From: Thermoanaerobaculia bacterium
Lineage (GTDB): Bacteria > Acidobacteriota > Thermoanaerobaculia > Multivoradales > Multivoraceae
Length of the DNA stretch: 64,000 nt
NCBI GenBank assembly: GCA_963664405.1
Contig: OY761158.1
Location: 3,744,001-3,808,000, forward strand
Direction: 5' to 3'
Shown one piece after another: positions 53,031 through 63,177 of the stretch. Within the stretch, counting starts at the first letter, position 1; each line of letters starts with the position of its first letter. The translations under genes were made by a program, and so were the position numbers. A model generated the notes under the pieces. It was not told the DNA's origin, did not search any database, and saw nothing but the letters and a program-made list of their open reading frames with translations.

Positions 53031-53125
53031 TCGGTAAGGTCACGGTCGGGAGCGCACGCCCTTGGCGCACTCAACGGATCGGAGCGCCGAGGTGATCTGC
53101 AAGGCCGCTTCCGCAGCAAACCGAG

Positions 53126-54043
53126 TCAGGAGCGCGGTTCCGGTTCCTTCCAGGGGCCGCCGGGTAACCATGTCCCTCGAAACCGCTCGCCCGTCGCGAG
53201 AGCGTGTAGGACCGGCTGAACGAACGCAGCGATGACCCCGACCGCCTCCTCGAGTGAGCCCGCACTCAGACGGCTCTTGCGCAAGAAGGCGTCCCACTGC
53301 ACACGCCTGTCTTCAATCTCGGGGAATGTGGGCGTCAATGCGACGGGTGGCTGGGAGGGGATATCGGTTCGGCGGCGCCTAAAGGTCGCCGCGATGGCCT
53401 TAGAAAGCCGTCCTCCGTCGAAAGCCTCATGCGAGGCGAGGGCGCCGACGTCGAAGAAGTCGCGCATCCGGCTGTTTCGTGACCCCAGAAGAACCATCGC
53501 GTGCACCTTCTCGGCAACGACCGTCTCCATGCGGTATGCGCGAAGACGGGGTCGCGGCAGATCCAGCAGGCTCGGATACTCGATCCACTCCGGCTCCGCG
53601 GCGTCCCCTAGACCAATGTCGACGCGGACGCGGAGCCGTGCCGACCCCAGATGGGCGAAGAGCGTCACACGCACCCCGCCATACGCCTCCTCCTCTAGGA
53701 TCGGAACCACGTGGATTGACTCGTCGTCGAAGACGAGCCCGTCCGGTTCGACTGAGAGCGCACAGAGCTCAGTGAAGATGCGGACGACCGTTTCCTCGTC
53801 GATGTCTCCGAAACCGAGCAGGTCGGCGTCCCGAGTTGGGCGAAGAGTCTCGCCGAGCCGGGCCAGGAGTACCAGCGCCCCCTTGAGGACGAACTGCTCT
53901 GAGTAGGGCGAGAGGGCCAGACGGTAGAGAAACCGCTCGGTAGCGTAGCGGGCCAGGAGGACGCTGGGGTCGACATCGAGGACCTTTGCTCGCTGGACGA
54001 GGCGCGCCTGTACGGATCGCGCGAGCCCGGTAGTCACGCTCAC
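53126..54043 (-). CDS. AbiEii/AbiGii nucleotidyltransferase toxin (type IV TA)
   Basis: FVLKGA, RPTRDADL, VAEKVHA, NSRMRDFFD. Confidence 0.92.
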   Translation of the reverse strand: MSVTTGLARSVQARLVQRAKVLDVDPSVLLARYATERFLYRLALSPYSEQFVLKGALVLLARLGETLRPTRDADLLGFGDIDEETVVRIFTELCALSVEPDGLVFDDESIHVVPILEEEAYGGVRVTLFAHLGSARLRVRVDIGLGDAAEPEWIEYPSLLDLPRPRLRAYRMETVVAEKVHAMVLLGSRNSRMRDFFDVGALASHEAFDGGRLSKAIAATFRRRRTDIPSQPPVALTPTFPEIEDRRVQWDAFLRKSRLSAGSLEEAVGVIAAFVQPVLHALATGERFRGTWLPGGPWKEPEPRS

Positions 54044-54642
54044 AAGAGGACCCCGTCGATGTAGGGGCGCATCACAGTCTCAACGTGGCAGGCCTCGGCG
54101 GCGCTGTCGAGCTCCTCGACGGTGAAGCGTCGATCTCGCCAGCCCTCCCTTAGTGCCTCGATCGCGACGTCGAGTCCGATGCGGTTGCGGAACTTGAAGA
54201 GGTCGGCGACGGTCTTGGCGACGCCGTAGATGCGAACGGACCGTCCCTCGATGACGTGATCCTCGATACCATCCGTGAACGAGATCCCGCTGAAGTGCAC
54301 GACTCTCAGCGGGGGGTAGTCCACGGTCGGTGTCCGGGTACCACGCTCAACCGCAATCCAGACCGCGGACGGGAGCTGTGCGCCTATCCCGTGGAAGCTC
54401 AGCGCCGAAAGCAGGCAGATCACACCGTGCGGTACGGCCGTTGCCGCGAGGACCAGCCCGTGGTGCTCCGTGATCTCCCTGCCTGTGAGACGGTAGCGGC
54501 CCCGGGCGACCCGCTCCAGGGTTCCGTCCACCACGAGTCGTGTGAGCTCCTGTCGATGGATGCCCGCTCGGGTCACCTCTGCTGCCGTGAACAGCTCCCG
54601 CTCTCGAGCCATCTCGAGCACGCGCTCTCGGTCGGTGGCCAT
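54040..54642 (-). CDS. AbiEi antitoxin / transcriptional regulator
   Basis: LERVARGRY, ICLLSALSFHG, KTVADLFKFRNRIG. Confidence 0.92.
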   Translation of the reverse strand: MATDRERVLEMARERELFTAAEVTRAGIHRQELTRLVVDGTLERVARGRYRLTGREITEHHGLVLAATAVPHGVICLLSALSFHGIGAQLPSAVWIAVERGTRTPTVDYPPLRVVHFSGISFTDGIEDHVIEGRSVRIYGVAKTVADLFKFRNRIGLDVAIEALREGWRDRRFTVEELDSAAEACHVETVMRPYIDGVLL

Positions 54643-54690
54643 GTGGCGAAGTGTATACACCTAGGAGTAAGTGTCAACATTTAGCCACAT
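54641..54690 (-). promoter_or_regulatory. abiE promoter with imperfect 20-bp inverted repeat
   Basis: ATGTGGCGAAGTGTATACAC-10nt-GTGTCAACATTTAGCCACAT (16/20 match), overlapping TTGACA-16-TACACT-7-ATG. Confidence 0.75.
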
Positions 54691-54870
54691 GCCTAGCTTC
54701 CGGTCTCCAGCGCACGATTGCAAGAGCGGCGACGGGTTCCCCAATTGCAGCTTCTTCGGCTGACCGTCTCTTGGGGCCGCAAGGCAGTGGAGCGTTCTCT
54801 CGAAATCCCCAGGGCCCGAGACCGATGATCGAGCAGCTCGGGAGCGAGATCTCCTACAATCGTGCGGATA

Positions 54871-55209
54871 ATGGCGAAGGCGAAGAAAGCTCAGCCTCGG
54901 CAGAGGCTCTCACGGACCGAGTGGGAGCTGATGCGGATCTGCTGGCGACGGGGCCGAACGACGGCCCGTGAGGTGCTCGAGGAGTCGCTAAGGAAGCAGG
55001 TGCGCGACTATCGAACCATCCTCACGCTTCTCACTCGCATCGCCCAGAAGGGGTATCTCAACGTCGAGAAGGTCGGGAAGACCAACTACTACACGCCCGC
55101 GATCGAGGGAGAGGAGGCACTGTCCGAAGAGATCCGACGGTTCTTGGATGAAGTCGTTGGTCCGGAAGCCGAGAGTCGTGAACTTCTGCGGATGATCCTC
55201 AAGGAGTGA
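54871..55209 (+). CDS. BlaI/MecI/CopY-family repressor (orphan)
   Basis: LSRTEWELMRICW, YRTILTLLTRIAQKGYL; no M56 sensor gene follows. Confidence 0.88.
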   Translation: MAKAKKAQPRQRLSRTEWELMRICWRRGRTTAREVLEESLRKQVRDYRTILTLLTRIAQKGYLNVEKVGKTNYYTPAIEGEEALSEEIRRFLDEVVGPEAESRELLRMILKE

Positions 55210-55671
55210 GTCGCCGGCCGATAGGATCCATAGCTGCTCCTTCGCGCAGAGGCCTTGGAGCCGAGAGCCCGCTGGACCGACTCTGGGGTCGAGCAGCCCG
55301 GTCGGGCCCGAGTGTTGTTATTCCGATGTGCTCGAGCGCGCGTTATCGAGACCTCGGCTCGCGCGAGAACGCCCGAGGCAGCCGCGAGAGTTGGCCGGGG
55401 AGGCCGGGCTTTCCATCCTCCTGCCCCGATCGTTATCGAGTCCCATTGTCCGGAGAACACCCAGTTGAGCGGTCGCGTCACGTGGCGTGATAGCACGATC
55501 TTGACGTCACGATATGCCCATACGGCGACGGGAGTGTGGGGATCCGTGGCTCCCAGTACCACCAGCAGCCTTGCATCACTCTTGGCACGCCCCCTGTGGG
55601 TGATAATAGGACCAGCTGATCCAGATAAGCAGAACGGCCGAGGATCGGCAGAATCATAGGTTAGCTGGCTA

Positions 55672-56208
55672 ATGAAGGTCAAAGTGATACTCGGAGTTGG
55701 TGTTCTGCTTTCCGCAGGCGCATTCGTCGCTCTCTCCATCGTCACGATGCCCTGGGAGTGGCCTATTCATGCTGCCGTAATCGAGGATCTAGTGGCGAAC
55801 GAGCGAACAGGGATGATCGACCGTTGGACCCGACTGCCCGATGATGAGACGTCCGTTCCAGGTGGCTACCGTGGCTGCTTTCAGCGGTCGGCGCTGCCCC
55901 AGGTCCTGGCGGAGCACTTTCTCCGTCGCAACGAGCGCTCACGATGGATCTCGAACCGCAGGACTCTGATCAAGGCCGCACGCTACGCCGGCAACGCCGT
56001 CTGTGCCTATCTCCAAGACGACGGTAGCTACGAGCCCATTAGGCCGCGCATTGTGCTTTCAACCGTGGCACGAGCTCGAGACGGCAGGACCGCACTCGTG
56101 TACGTCGACCACTTCTGTCCGCTCTGTGGCTATGGCGGATATGTTTATCTTGAGAGGCGGCATCGGGCCTGGAAGGTTGTGGATCGCTGTGACAGATGGG
56201 TGTCGTAG
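55672..56208 (+). CDS. Hypothetical exported protein in a putative integron gene cassette
   Basis: Signal/TM N-terminus and CPLCGYG motif; flanked by GTTAGCTGGC and GCCAGCTAAC. Confidence 0.7.
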   Translation: MKVKVILGVGVLLSAGAFVALSIVTMPWEWPIHAAVIEDLVANERTGMIDRWTRLPDDETSVPGGYRGCFQRSALPQVLAEHFLRRNERSRWISNRRTLIKAARYAGNAVCAYLQDDGSYEPIRPRIVLSTVARARDGRTALVYVDHFCPLCGYGGYVYLERRHRAWKVVDRCDRWVS

Positions 56209-56329
56209 CAGTAGCGGCCAGCTAACCCGGCGGCTCGAGCGGACAGAGACATGACAGGAGCAGCACTCGACAAAGACCCTGCCATCGTTGAGCTGATGGC
56301 CAAGCTATTGAGAGATCTCGGAGCCCAAT

Positions 56330-56807
56330 TGAGAGTGAGCACGATAATCGATGGCGGTCCGATCACGATAAGTGATGGTCGCGTAGCCATTTGAAGGACT
56401 TAGCCGAAGCTGCGTTTCGCTGCCACTTGCCTCAGACGGTCTTGTTCACAGTATTTGATGGCGATTCGAGGAAACCCGATCACGTTGTCTGGTGGGAATG
56501 GGTGTTCCGTTCAAGGTATCTGAGGGCGCAACCAGGGGCCCAAGCGCGATGGAAGCTCGGCGAACTGCCTCGATCGCCCATCAGATAGCGTGCCGTTCAT
56601 CCCATCGCTGCGTGTCAGCCCTCGTTCAGCGTGATCAGCGAAAGAACAAGTATGGACTGCGCGTCAGGCCCCGACGGCCCGCCTTCGGCGGGGATGATGC
56701 CGACGGACCTAGTCTTGAGCACACTACTTGAGGGACCAAACACCCCTTCCCTCACCTACCGTGCTCAGAATGGCCAACATTCCCATCGATTATCGTGCTC
56801 ACTCTCA
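56330..56807. mobile_element. 478-bp non-autonomous element (MITE), copy 1
   Basis: Perfect 25-bp TIR TGAGAGTGAGCACGATAATCGATGG / CCATCGATTATCGTGCTCACTCTCA. Confidence 0.88.
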
Positions 56808-57157
56808 CTGAGAGTGAGCACGATAATCGATGGCGGTCCGATCACGATAAGTGATGGTCGCGTAGCCTTTTGAAGGACTTAGCCGAAGCTGCGTTTCGCT
56901 GCCACTTGCCTCAGACGGTCTTGTTCACAGTATTTGATGGCGATTCGAGGAAACCCGATCACGTTGTCTGGTGGGAATGGGTGTTCCGTTCAAGGTATCT
57001 GAGGGCGCAACCAGGGGCCCAAGCGCGATGGAAGCTCGGCGAACCGCCTCGATCGCCCATCAGATAGCGTGCCGTTCATCCCATCGCTGCGTGTCAGCCC
57101 TCGTTCAGCGTGATCAGCGAAAGAACAAGTATGGACTGCGCGTCAGGCCCCGACGGC

Positions 57158-58521
57158 GGATGTGTCCCGTTTTTTGTGGAAATGGGTTCAGGCGTAGTCC
57201 TCCGAGTCGTCTTTTGCTAAATCCTACCGTTTACGCGGCCCTCTCAACCTCGAGCAGGAGCTGAAGCGCCCGGTAGCCGTTAATCCTTCGCAGGTGTATC
57301 TGCCCGAAGGCGACGAGCCCCCAGAGGAGCGTGACGCCGGCAGCCTCGGTGGCAAAGGAGCCCTGGGTTTTAGTGCGGCGACGAAACTCGCGGTTCAGGT
57401 TCTCCAGAGCGTTGGTCGTGCGCACCGAACTCCACAGCGATTTGGGGAGCTCGTAGAAGGTCAGTAGCTGGAACCCTGCCTCCTCAAGGCTGCGAGCCAC
57501 CGCCGGGACTAGTCGCGACCACTTGGTGACGAACGCCGCGTAGGCCTTGCGGGCCTGTGCCGCGTCCTCGGCTCGTACGATCGAGTGCCAGTCACGCCGC
57601 AGCTCGTCGTGTGCGTGCACCGGGCAGTGTTTCTTCAGATTCTCCCACTTGTGTTGGACGCAGCGCTGGACTTTGACCTCAGGCCAAGCCTTCAGCGCCG
57701 CGGCCAGCCCTTTGTGGCCATCCGTGACCAGGTAGCGCGGAGCCTGAAGACCTCGGGCCTTCAGATCCTCGATCAGCCACTTCCAGTGCTCGGCGGCCTC
57801 GCTCGCGGCTAAACGTAAGGCCACCAGCACCTTGGTGCCGTCCGGAGTCACACCCAGCACCACCAGCACCGGTACCGAGACCACTCGACGGGCCAAGCGG
57901 ACCTTCAGGTGAAAGCCATCGAGAAACAGAAGCACGTAGGACTCCTCCGACAGATCGCGCTCACTCCAGCGAGCAAAAAGCTCCTTCAGCCGAGACACCA
58001 CACGCGAAACTGCGCTCTTGGACAGGTGCTCCTCACCCAGCAGCGGAGCCAATGCCTTCTTGATCCGGCGGCTGTTAGCGCCAGCCAGATACGCACCCAG
58101 GATCGCGTCATCGACCTCCTGCGTACGACGAGCGTAACGCGGCACGATCGCACTGCGAAACTCTACGCTGGCCCCATCCTCGCCGACTAGCCGTCCTCGT
58201 GGAATGTCCAGTTCCTTCGACCCACACGCCGTCGTGATCAGACGACGCTGCTTGCCGTTGCGATAGCCCGCACGCTCGCCTGAACGCTCGTAGGCGCTGC
58301 AGCCCAGCGCCTCGGACAGCTCTTCCTCGAGTGTGATCTCGATCGCCGCACGAACACGCTCGCGTAACAACGAACGAATGTCCTGACGGAAGCGTGCAGC
58401 TTCCCCTTCCTCGTTGATATTCTCCACCATGGCGTAATCCTCCGTTCGCCCTAACCGGCGATGTGTTTGACCACTAGGAGGTTACGCCATTCTCAATTTC
58501 CACAGCATTCGGGACGGATCC
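57158..58521 (-). mobile_element. IS256-family element
   Basis: IRs GGATGTGTCCCG..TGTGGAAAT / ATTTCCACA..CGGGACGGATCC; 8-bp TSD CCGACGGC. Confidence 0.93.
57231..58430 (-). CDS. IS256 transposase
   Basis: YRNG, FLDG, VTDG, QRCVQH, RTTNALENLNREFRRR. Confidence 0.95.
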   Translation of the reverse strand: MVENINEEGEAARFRQDIRSLLRERVRAAIEITLEEELSEALGCSAYERSGERAGYRNGKQRRLITTACGSKELDIPRGRLVGEDGASVEFRSAIVPRYARRTQEVDDAILGAYLAGANSRRIKKALAPLLGEEHLSKSAVSRVVSRLKELFARWSERDLSEESYVLLFLDGFHLKVRLARRVVSVPVLVVLGVTPDGTKVLVALRLAASEAAEHWKWLIEDLKARGLQAPRYLVTDGHKGLAAALKAWPEVKVQRCVQHKWENLKKHCPVHAHDELRRDWHSIVRAEDAAQARKAYAAFVTKWSRLVPAVARSLEEAGFQLLTFYELPKSLWSSVRTTNALENLNREFRRRTKTQGSFATEAAGVTLLWGLVAFGQIHLRRINGYRALQLLLEVERAA

Positions 58522-58654
58522 CCGACGGCCCGCCTTCGGCGGGGATGATGCCGACGGACCTAGTCTTGAGCACACTACTTGAGGGACCAAACACCCTTCC
58601 CTCACCTACCGTGCTCAGAATGGCCAACATTCCCATCGATTATCGTGCTCACTC

Positions 58655-59539
58655 TCACCAGGCGTCGGCGGCTTGCGCCCACGCCAGCAGATCGGCACGA
58701 CGCCGAAGCGGCATGGTCTTGCCCAAGGGGAACTGGTGCGTTGGTGTCACGTGGACGAGCCTCGCCTGCGGGGCACGCTTGCGTCCGGCCTCTACACTCA
58801 ACCCCTGATCGTCTACCGGAACTGGCACGACTCGTGCGCCCCAGCCAACGAAAGCCGTGTGCGCGCCGAAGTACCCAGGGTCCTCCACCCAAACCGAATC
58901 GTCGGGGTCCAGCAGGACACTCGCAGCTAGAGCAATGCCCTGCTGACTGCCGCTGACGACGATGACTTGGTCAGGCGTGCATCGGACACCCCGCGTAGTG
59001 CCGAGGTGCTCAGCGATCGCTTCCCTCAAGGGCTCGTATTCGGAGCGACCCAGCCAACGAGCCCTGGTCAATTGATCCCAGCATTGAACCAGAAGACTGC
59101 GCCAAACTCTGCTTGGAAACAGATCGGCAGGTGCTCCCATCCCGAAGGCGCGACCGCGAGACTCCCCGGGCAACTGGATTGGCTGTGGCCATCTCTTGGC
59201 AAGGTTGTAGATCGCACGCCCCTGTTGTGAAAGGTTTCGACGACCACGAGGCTCGTCCAGCTCGACGGCACCCGGCCCGAACGGGATACCGCTCGGAACG
59301 TCAGCCACAAAGGTGCCGGCACCCTGTTTGCCTTCCAACAATCCCTCGAGAATAAGCTGCTCAAACGCCATGTGAACGGTGTTTCGCGACACACTGAGTG
59401 AAGCTGCGAGCGCTCTTGTCGAAGGCATTCGGGTGCCCACCCGAAACTGACCAGACAGGATTGCGTCCCGAAGGCCATCATAGAGCTGCCTGGAGAGAGC
59501 ACCCGCTGGGCGATCCAGGCTAAGAGGTGGCAGTGTCAT
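58655..59539 (-). pseudogene. MocR/GabR-family GntR-PLP regulator, 3'-truncated by the MITE
   Basis: PSTRALA..L.VSRNTV, GSQQG, EDPGY, TPTHQFPLG; ends just before the expected EDDYD, at the MITE TIR. Confidence 0.88.
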
Positions 59540-59674
59540 CCTAAGTGTCCTTTAGAATTTCACACAGCTGGCACTTTTTAGAGACATCTCGTCTGAGTAT
59601 CATGGAATCCAGAACAGTACGATGCAAGGATCGAATGCCCAGCCGCGTTTCCCATTTCACAGGAGAAATGAACT

Positions 59675-60460
59675 ATGAGCCGGAACAGCGTCGTGATTGG
59701 CGAAGGTAAAACGAAGATCGTAAAGACGAATCCGAGTGACCCAGCGACCGTCCTTCTCTACTTCAAAGACGACATCACAGCCGGAGATGGTGCAAAACAC
59801 GATGTCTTTGAGGGTAAAGCTGTGCTGGACTGGGCGGTCAGTCGAGATTGTTTTGAGTTACTCTCGCGACGTGGACTGATCACTCACTATATAGACAGTC
59901 CCGAGGAGCGCGTCATGCTCGTCCGGAAGCTGGACCGTAAGCTCGAATTGGAGGTGGTCAGTCGCCGAGTTGCGACGGGTTCGATTCTCAAGTGGGGTGA
60001 CTACTCAGAGGGGGAACGATTCGACCCGGTGATCACTCAGTTCCACTACAAGGACGATCCGCTTCATGACCCGATGCTGGACGATCGATACGTTGAGTTC
60101 ATGATTCGGGACAAGGACGCGTGGGAATACGCCTCCATGTGTCAAGTGAACACCCAGGTGTTCTTAGTACTGGAAGCTGCGTTTGCGCAGTTCGGCGTGC
60201 AGCTCGTTGACATAAAGCTGGAGTACGGCATCATCGATGGCGAATTGTGCGTGATCGACGAGATCTCGGGCGGCTCCTTCAGGCTGTGGCCTTACAGATC
60301 AGAGGCGCCCAACCTTGATTTGAGCAATGTGCTCTCCGAATTGGCTCCAGAGCAGCGGCTCGACAAAGACACATACCGCATGGGGGGCGCGCCAGACGAA
60401 GTCCTGTCCAAGTTCCGAGCGATTTCAGCGTTGACGTCGCGCTTCAAGGAGGTGGAGTAG
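59675..60460 (+). CDS. SAICAR synthetase (PurC)-like protein
   Basis: EGKTK, FKDDITAGDG, EVVSR.VATGS, YKDDPLHDP, LVDIKLEYG, LDKDTYR. Confidence 0.88.
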   Translation: MSRNSVVIGEGKTKIVKTNPSDPATVLLYFKDDITAGDGAKHDVFEGKAVLDWAVSRDCFELLSRRGLITHYIDSPEERVMLVRKLDRKLELEVVSRRVATGSILKWGDYSEGERFDPVITQFHYKDDPLHDPMLDDRYVEFMIRDKDAWEYASMCQVNTQVFLVLEAAFAQFGVQLVDIKLEYGIIDGELCVIDEISGGSFRLWPYRSEAPNLDLSNVLSELAPEQRLDKDTYRMGGAPDEVLSKFRAISALTSRFKEVE

Positions 60461-60614
60461 GAGCTATGCCAAGGCGCAGTGGCGAACGCTAGTCGTCTGT
60501 TGCTTGCGCGTTGCCGAATCGAATGGCCTTGTCATGTTCGTTGTCTTGCTGTGCTTGTGCTCCAGCAACTCCTGGACCGACTCCCGCGTCCAAAGAAGGA
60601 ACAGAAACTGCGCC

Positions 60615-60698
60615 ATGCTGAAAGCCATTCTTGGGGACAACGACGGCGTCCTGGTCGACACCGAAGGCCTGTACTTCCAGGCCTGCCGCGAAACCCTT
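60615..60698 (+). pseudogene. HAD-family phosphatase 5' fragment
   Basis: MLKAIL.DNDGVLVDTE motif I, cut by the istA fragment. Confidence 0.65.
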
Positions 60699-61224
60699 CC
60701 ACCTCGCATTGCATCGTTGCCGAAGCGAGATGCAAGATCCGCAGGTAGTCAAGGTCGGCCTGGCGCTCAGGCAGCGTCTCGGTGAGCGCTTCGTAGGCAC
60801 TGCGAAACACCGGTGCCGGAAACATCGACTCTCGATACCGGTAGCGGGCAAACGCCCACGGCTTGCGGACCAGGGACCAGATCACGTGACGGTAGTCGAT
60901 CCGTGCGTGGCCTTCGCCCAGGAGCCGCTCGATCACCAGCTGGCGCCGCCCCCCGTAGAAGACCTCGACCGCCAGCTCCGAGATCCGCACCTTCACCCGC
61001 TCGCCTCGAAGTCGGGAGGGCACCGAGTAAGTATTGCGCAGCAAGCGAATCGTGCCGTTGGACGTCACTCGCACTCACAGCTCTCGATACTCGGGCAATC
61101 GAGCGCTCGCCAGCGGCCGCATCACGGCTAGCTCCCGGCGACCCGCTCACTGCGCAGGTCGTTGGCGCGCTCGAGCACCTCGCCGATCCAGCTCTCGTAG
61201 GCTTCGACGCTCGCAAAATCCCCA
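60697..61224 (-). pseudogene. istA: IS21 IstA internal fragment (different subgroup from 19727)
   Basis: YSVPSRL.G, IDYRHVIWSLVRKP.AFARYRYRE, YLRILHLA; contains a frameshift and an in-frame stop. Confidence 0.85.
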
Positions 61225-61547
61225 GCGACGTTTGCCGCCGCTAGGTGCCACCCGAAAAGAGTTGACGTTCGGTGGATTTTTCTTCTTCCTCGCTTCAGAA
61301 CGAGGATTGGTTATGGCGACGAGGCATCTGCCGCTCGTCGGGCCGGTCCCACACTTTCTGGAGACGGCGAGCCGGTACGGCAGCGCCCCGAGTCGCAGCC
61401 CATCACCGCTCGAGCTGTACCCGTGCAGCGACGAAGCTTCGGTAACCGCCTAGGCCGGAAGCTGGTGGTTCGGGTCGTGCCTGCTCCACCAATGTTATCG
61501 GCGGTCATAAAGTGCGGGATACCGGCTGTGTAGTGGCGCTTTTGGTT

Positions 61548-61862
61548 TCATCCTCCTCGAGAAGGGACCGGTGCCGAAGGAGGATGTAGCGGACGTATTG
61601 AGGGTCGAGCTCGTCGTTGGTCAGGGCTCGATGTACGGAGCGGTAGTAGGCAAGTGAGTGAATCTGCGGCAGAGGACGCCTGCGGACGATCGCCGGATCG
61701 GCGCCTCACCTCGGAGAGAAGGGCAGCAAGCATGGCCTCCTTCGCCCGGCGGCCGCCTTCGACGACTCCACCTTCCCAGGCTGATGCAAGGAGGTCGTTC
61801 TGACCCGTGGCGAGAAAACGCTCGATCTCCCGCTGCTGGAGGGGCGTCGAGGCGCTATTCAC
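61548..61862 (-). pseudogene. Truncated/chimeric hypothetical protein
   Basis: AGGAG RBS; plausible N-terminus EIERFLATG..D....AW.G followed by a non-coding-like tail. Confidence 0.45.
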
Positions 61863-61998
61863 CCTCTCCTTTCCAGGGGCTTCCGGGGAGCTTCGAGACC
61901 GAGGCGTCGTGCACCAGAGCTCATGACGGTGTCGGGTCGTAGTTCAGACCGGTCCTCAGCAGCTCCTGGACGTCTTGCAGAAACGTCCTGTCGATCAT

Positions 61999-63174
61999 CT
62001 AGCCTAAAGCCGAGAGCGCTTCCCCGAATCGCGAACACGTGACGAACACCGCCTCCTCCGCCTGAGGATGGCGTTCGTAGAACCTCTCGAGTGCCTGACG
62101 GTGGCGATCGAGGGGCTCGGCCCAGCTGACTTGAACTGGCACGATCTGCCCGTTCACGCGTACCACGAAGTCGACCTCTCCCTGCTCCCGCCAGTAGAAC
62201 ACCTCGCCATGCCGACGCCGCAGTGCCAGATAGGTGGCGCACTCGAGCGACTTGCCGCGATCGGCGCCGCCGTGCGTCGAGACCACCCGACGCAGCCCGG
62301 TATCGATCGGGTAGTACTTGCGGTTCCGACTCGCCCGCTTCCGCTCCGAAAACGTGAAGTACGGGCACGCAAAGAGGAGGTATGCCGCCTCGCAGGCTTC
62401 CAGGTAGCTCCCGGCGGTGTCGGTCGCGATTCCGGTGGCCCCCGCAACGCGCCGGAGGCTCAGCTCCGAGCCGGCCGACTCGTACGCCATCTGTACCACC
62501 TGCCGGATCGCCGCGCTCGACCGGGCACCGATGCGCTCCCGAACGTCACGCTCCACGATGTCGTGGAAGTACTGGCGCCGGAGCCGGTCCCCGTCTGCCA
62601 TGGCGAGCGGCTCCGGGAAACCCCCGTCCGACAGGTAGTCGTCGAGCGTCGCGTCCGGATTGCTCCGACGCATCTCGTCGAGATCGAAGGGAAAGAGCTC
62701 CACGGTGAGATGACGACCCGTGAGGACGGAGGACAGCTCGCCCGAGAGCAACCGCGCGTTCGAACCAGTAATCACGAAGACGTTTCCACGAGGACGATCG
62801 AGCTGGGCCCGCAGCCAGCGCTGCCAACCCTCCACACCCTGGATCTCGTCGAGGAAGAAGTAGAGGGTCTCCGTGTTCTCGTGTCGCTCGCGAAACCGCG
62901 CCACGAGCCGATCCAGGGTGACGTAGGACTGCGCCCCGGACAAACGCGGGTCCTCGAAGTTCAAGAACGCGCAGTGCTCCGGGTCGAGCCGGTAGTAGTC
63001 GATCAGCTGCTGCAAGAGAGTGGACTTCCCGCAGCGCCTCACACCCTGGATGGCGAGACAGAGCGAGTCGCGTAGTGCGAGGGGCAAGTCGATGTCGCGC
63101 GGTACGGACGTGGGCACCTGGCGGTCCCAGAAGCTCCAGGTGCTGGCGATTTCGAGGATGTCGAGATCAACCAT
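61999..63174 (-). CDS. AAA_14 ATPase with DUF4143 C-terminus
   Basis: GVRRCGKST, LNFED, FLDEIQ, TGS, GGFPE, EVDF..VQV. Confidence 0.9.
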   Translation of the reverse strand: MVDLDILEIASTWSFWDRQVPTSVPRDIDLPLALRDSLCLAIQGVRRCGKSTLLQQLIDYYRLDPEHCAFLNFEDPRLSGAQSYVTLDRLVARFRERHENTETLYFFLDEIQGVEGWQRWLRAQLDRPRGNVFVITGSNARLLSGELSSVLTGRHLTVELFPFDLDEMRRSNPDATLDDYLSDGGFPEPLAMADGDRLRRQYFHDIVERDVRERIGARSSAAIRQVVQMAYESAGSELSLRRVAGATGIATDTAGSYLEACEAAYLLFACPYFTFSERKRASRNRKYYPIDTGLRRVVSTHGGADRGKSLECATYLALRRRHGEVFYWREQGEVDFVVRVNGQIVPVQVSWAEPLDRHRQALERFYERHPQAEEAVFVTCSRFGEALSALG

Positions 63175-63177
63175 AGC

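Larger units (their letters stand above)
56809..58657. mobile_element. Same MITE, copy 2, interrupted by IS256
   Basis: Near-identical to copy 1 over 56809-57157 and 58522-58657. Confidence 0.88.

Noticed and set aside
55210-55659. Possible intI remnant or attI site upstream of the cassette
   Set aside because: No recognisable integron integrase motifs in the frames examined.
56330-58657. Possible CRISPR array or duplicated 65-aa gene
   Set aside because: The unit is 478 bp with TIRs, with no short repeat-spacer pattern and no cas genes. The small ORFs lack an RBS and motifs.
58655-58657. TGA readthrough or selenocysteine in MocR
   Set aside because: The TGA is the first three bases of the MITE TIR, and the rest of the gene is absent.
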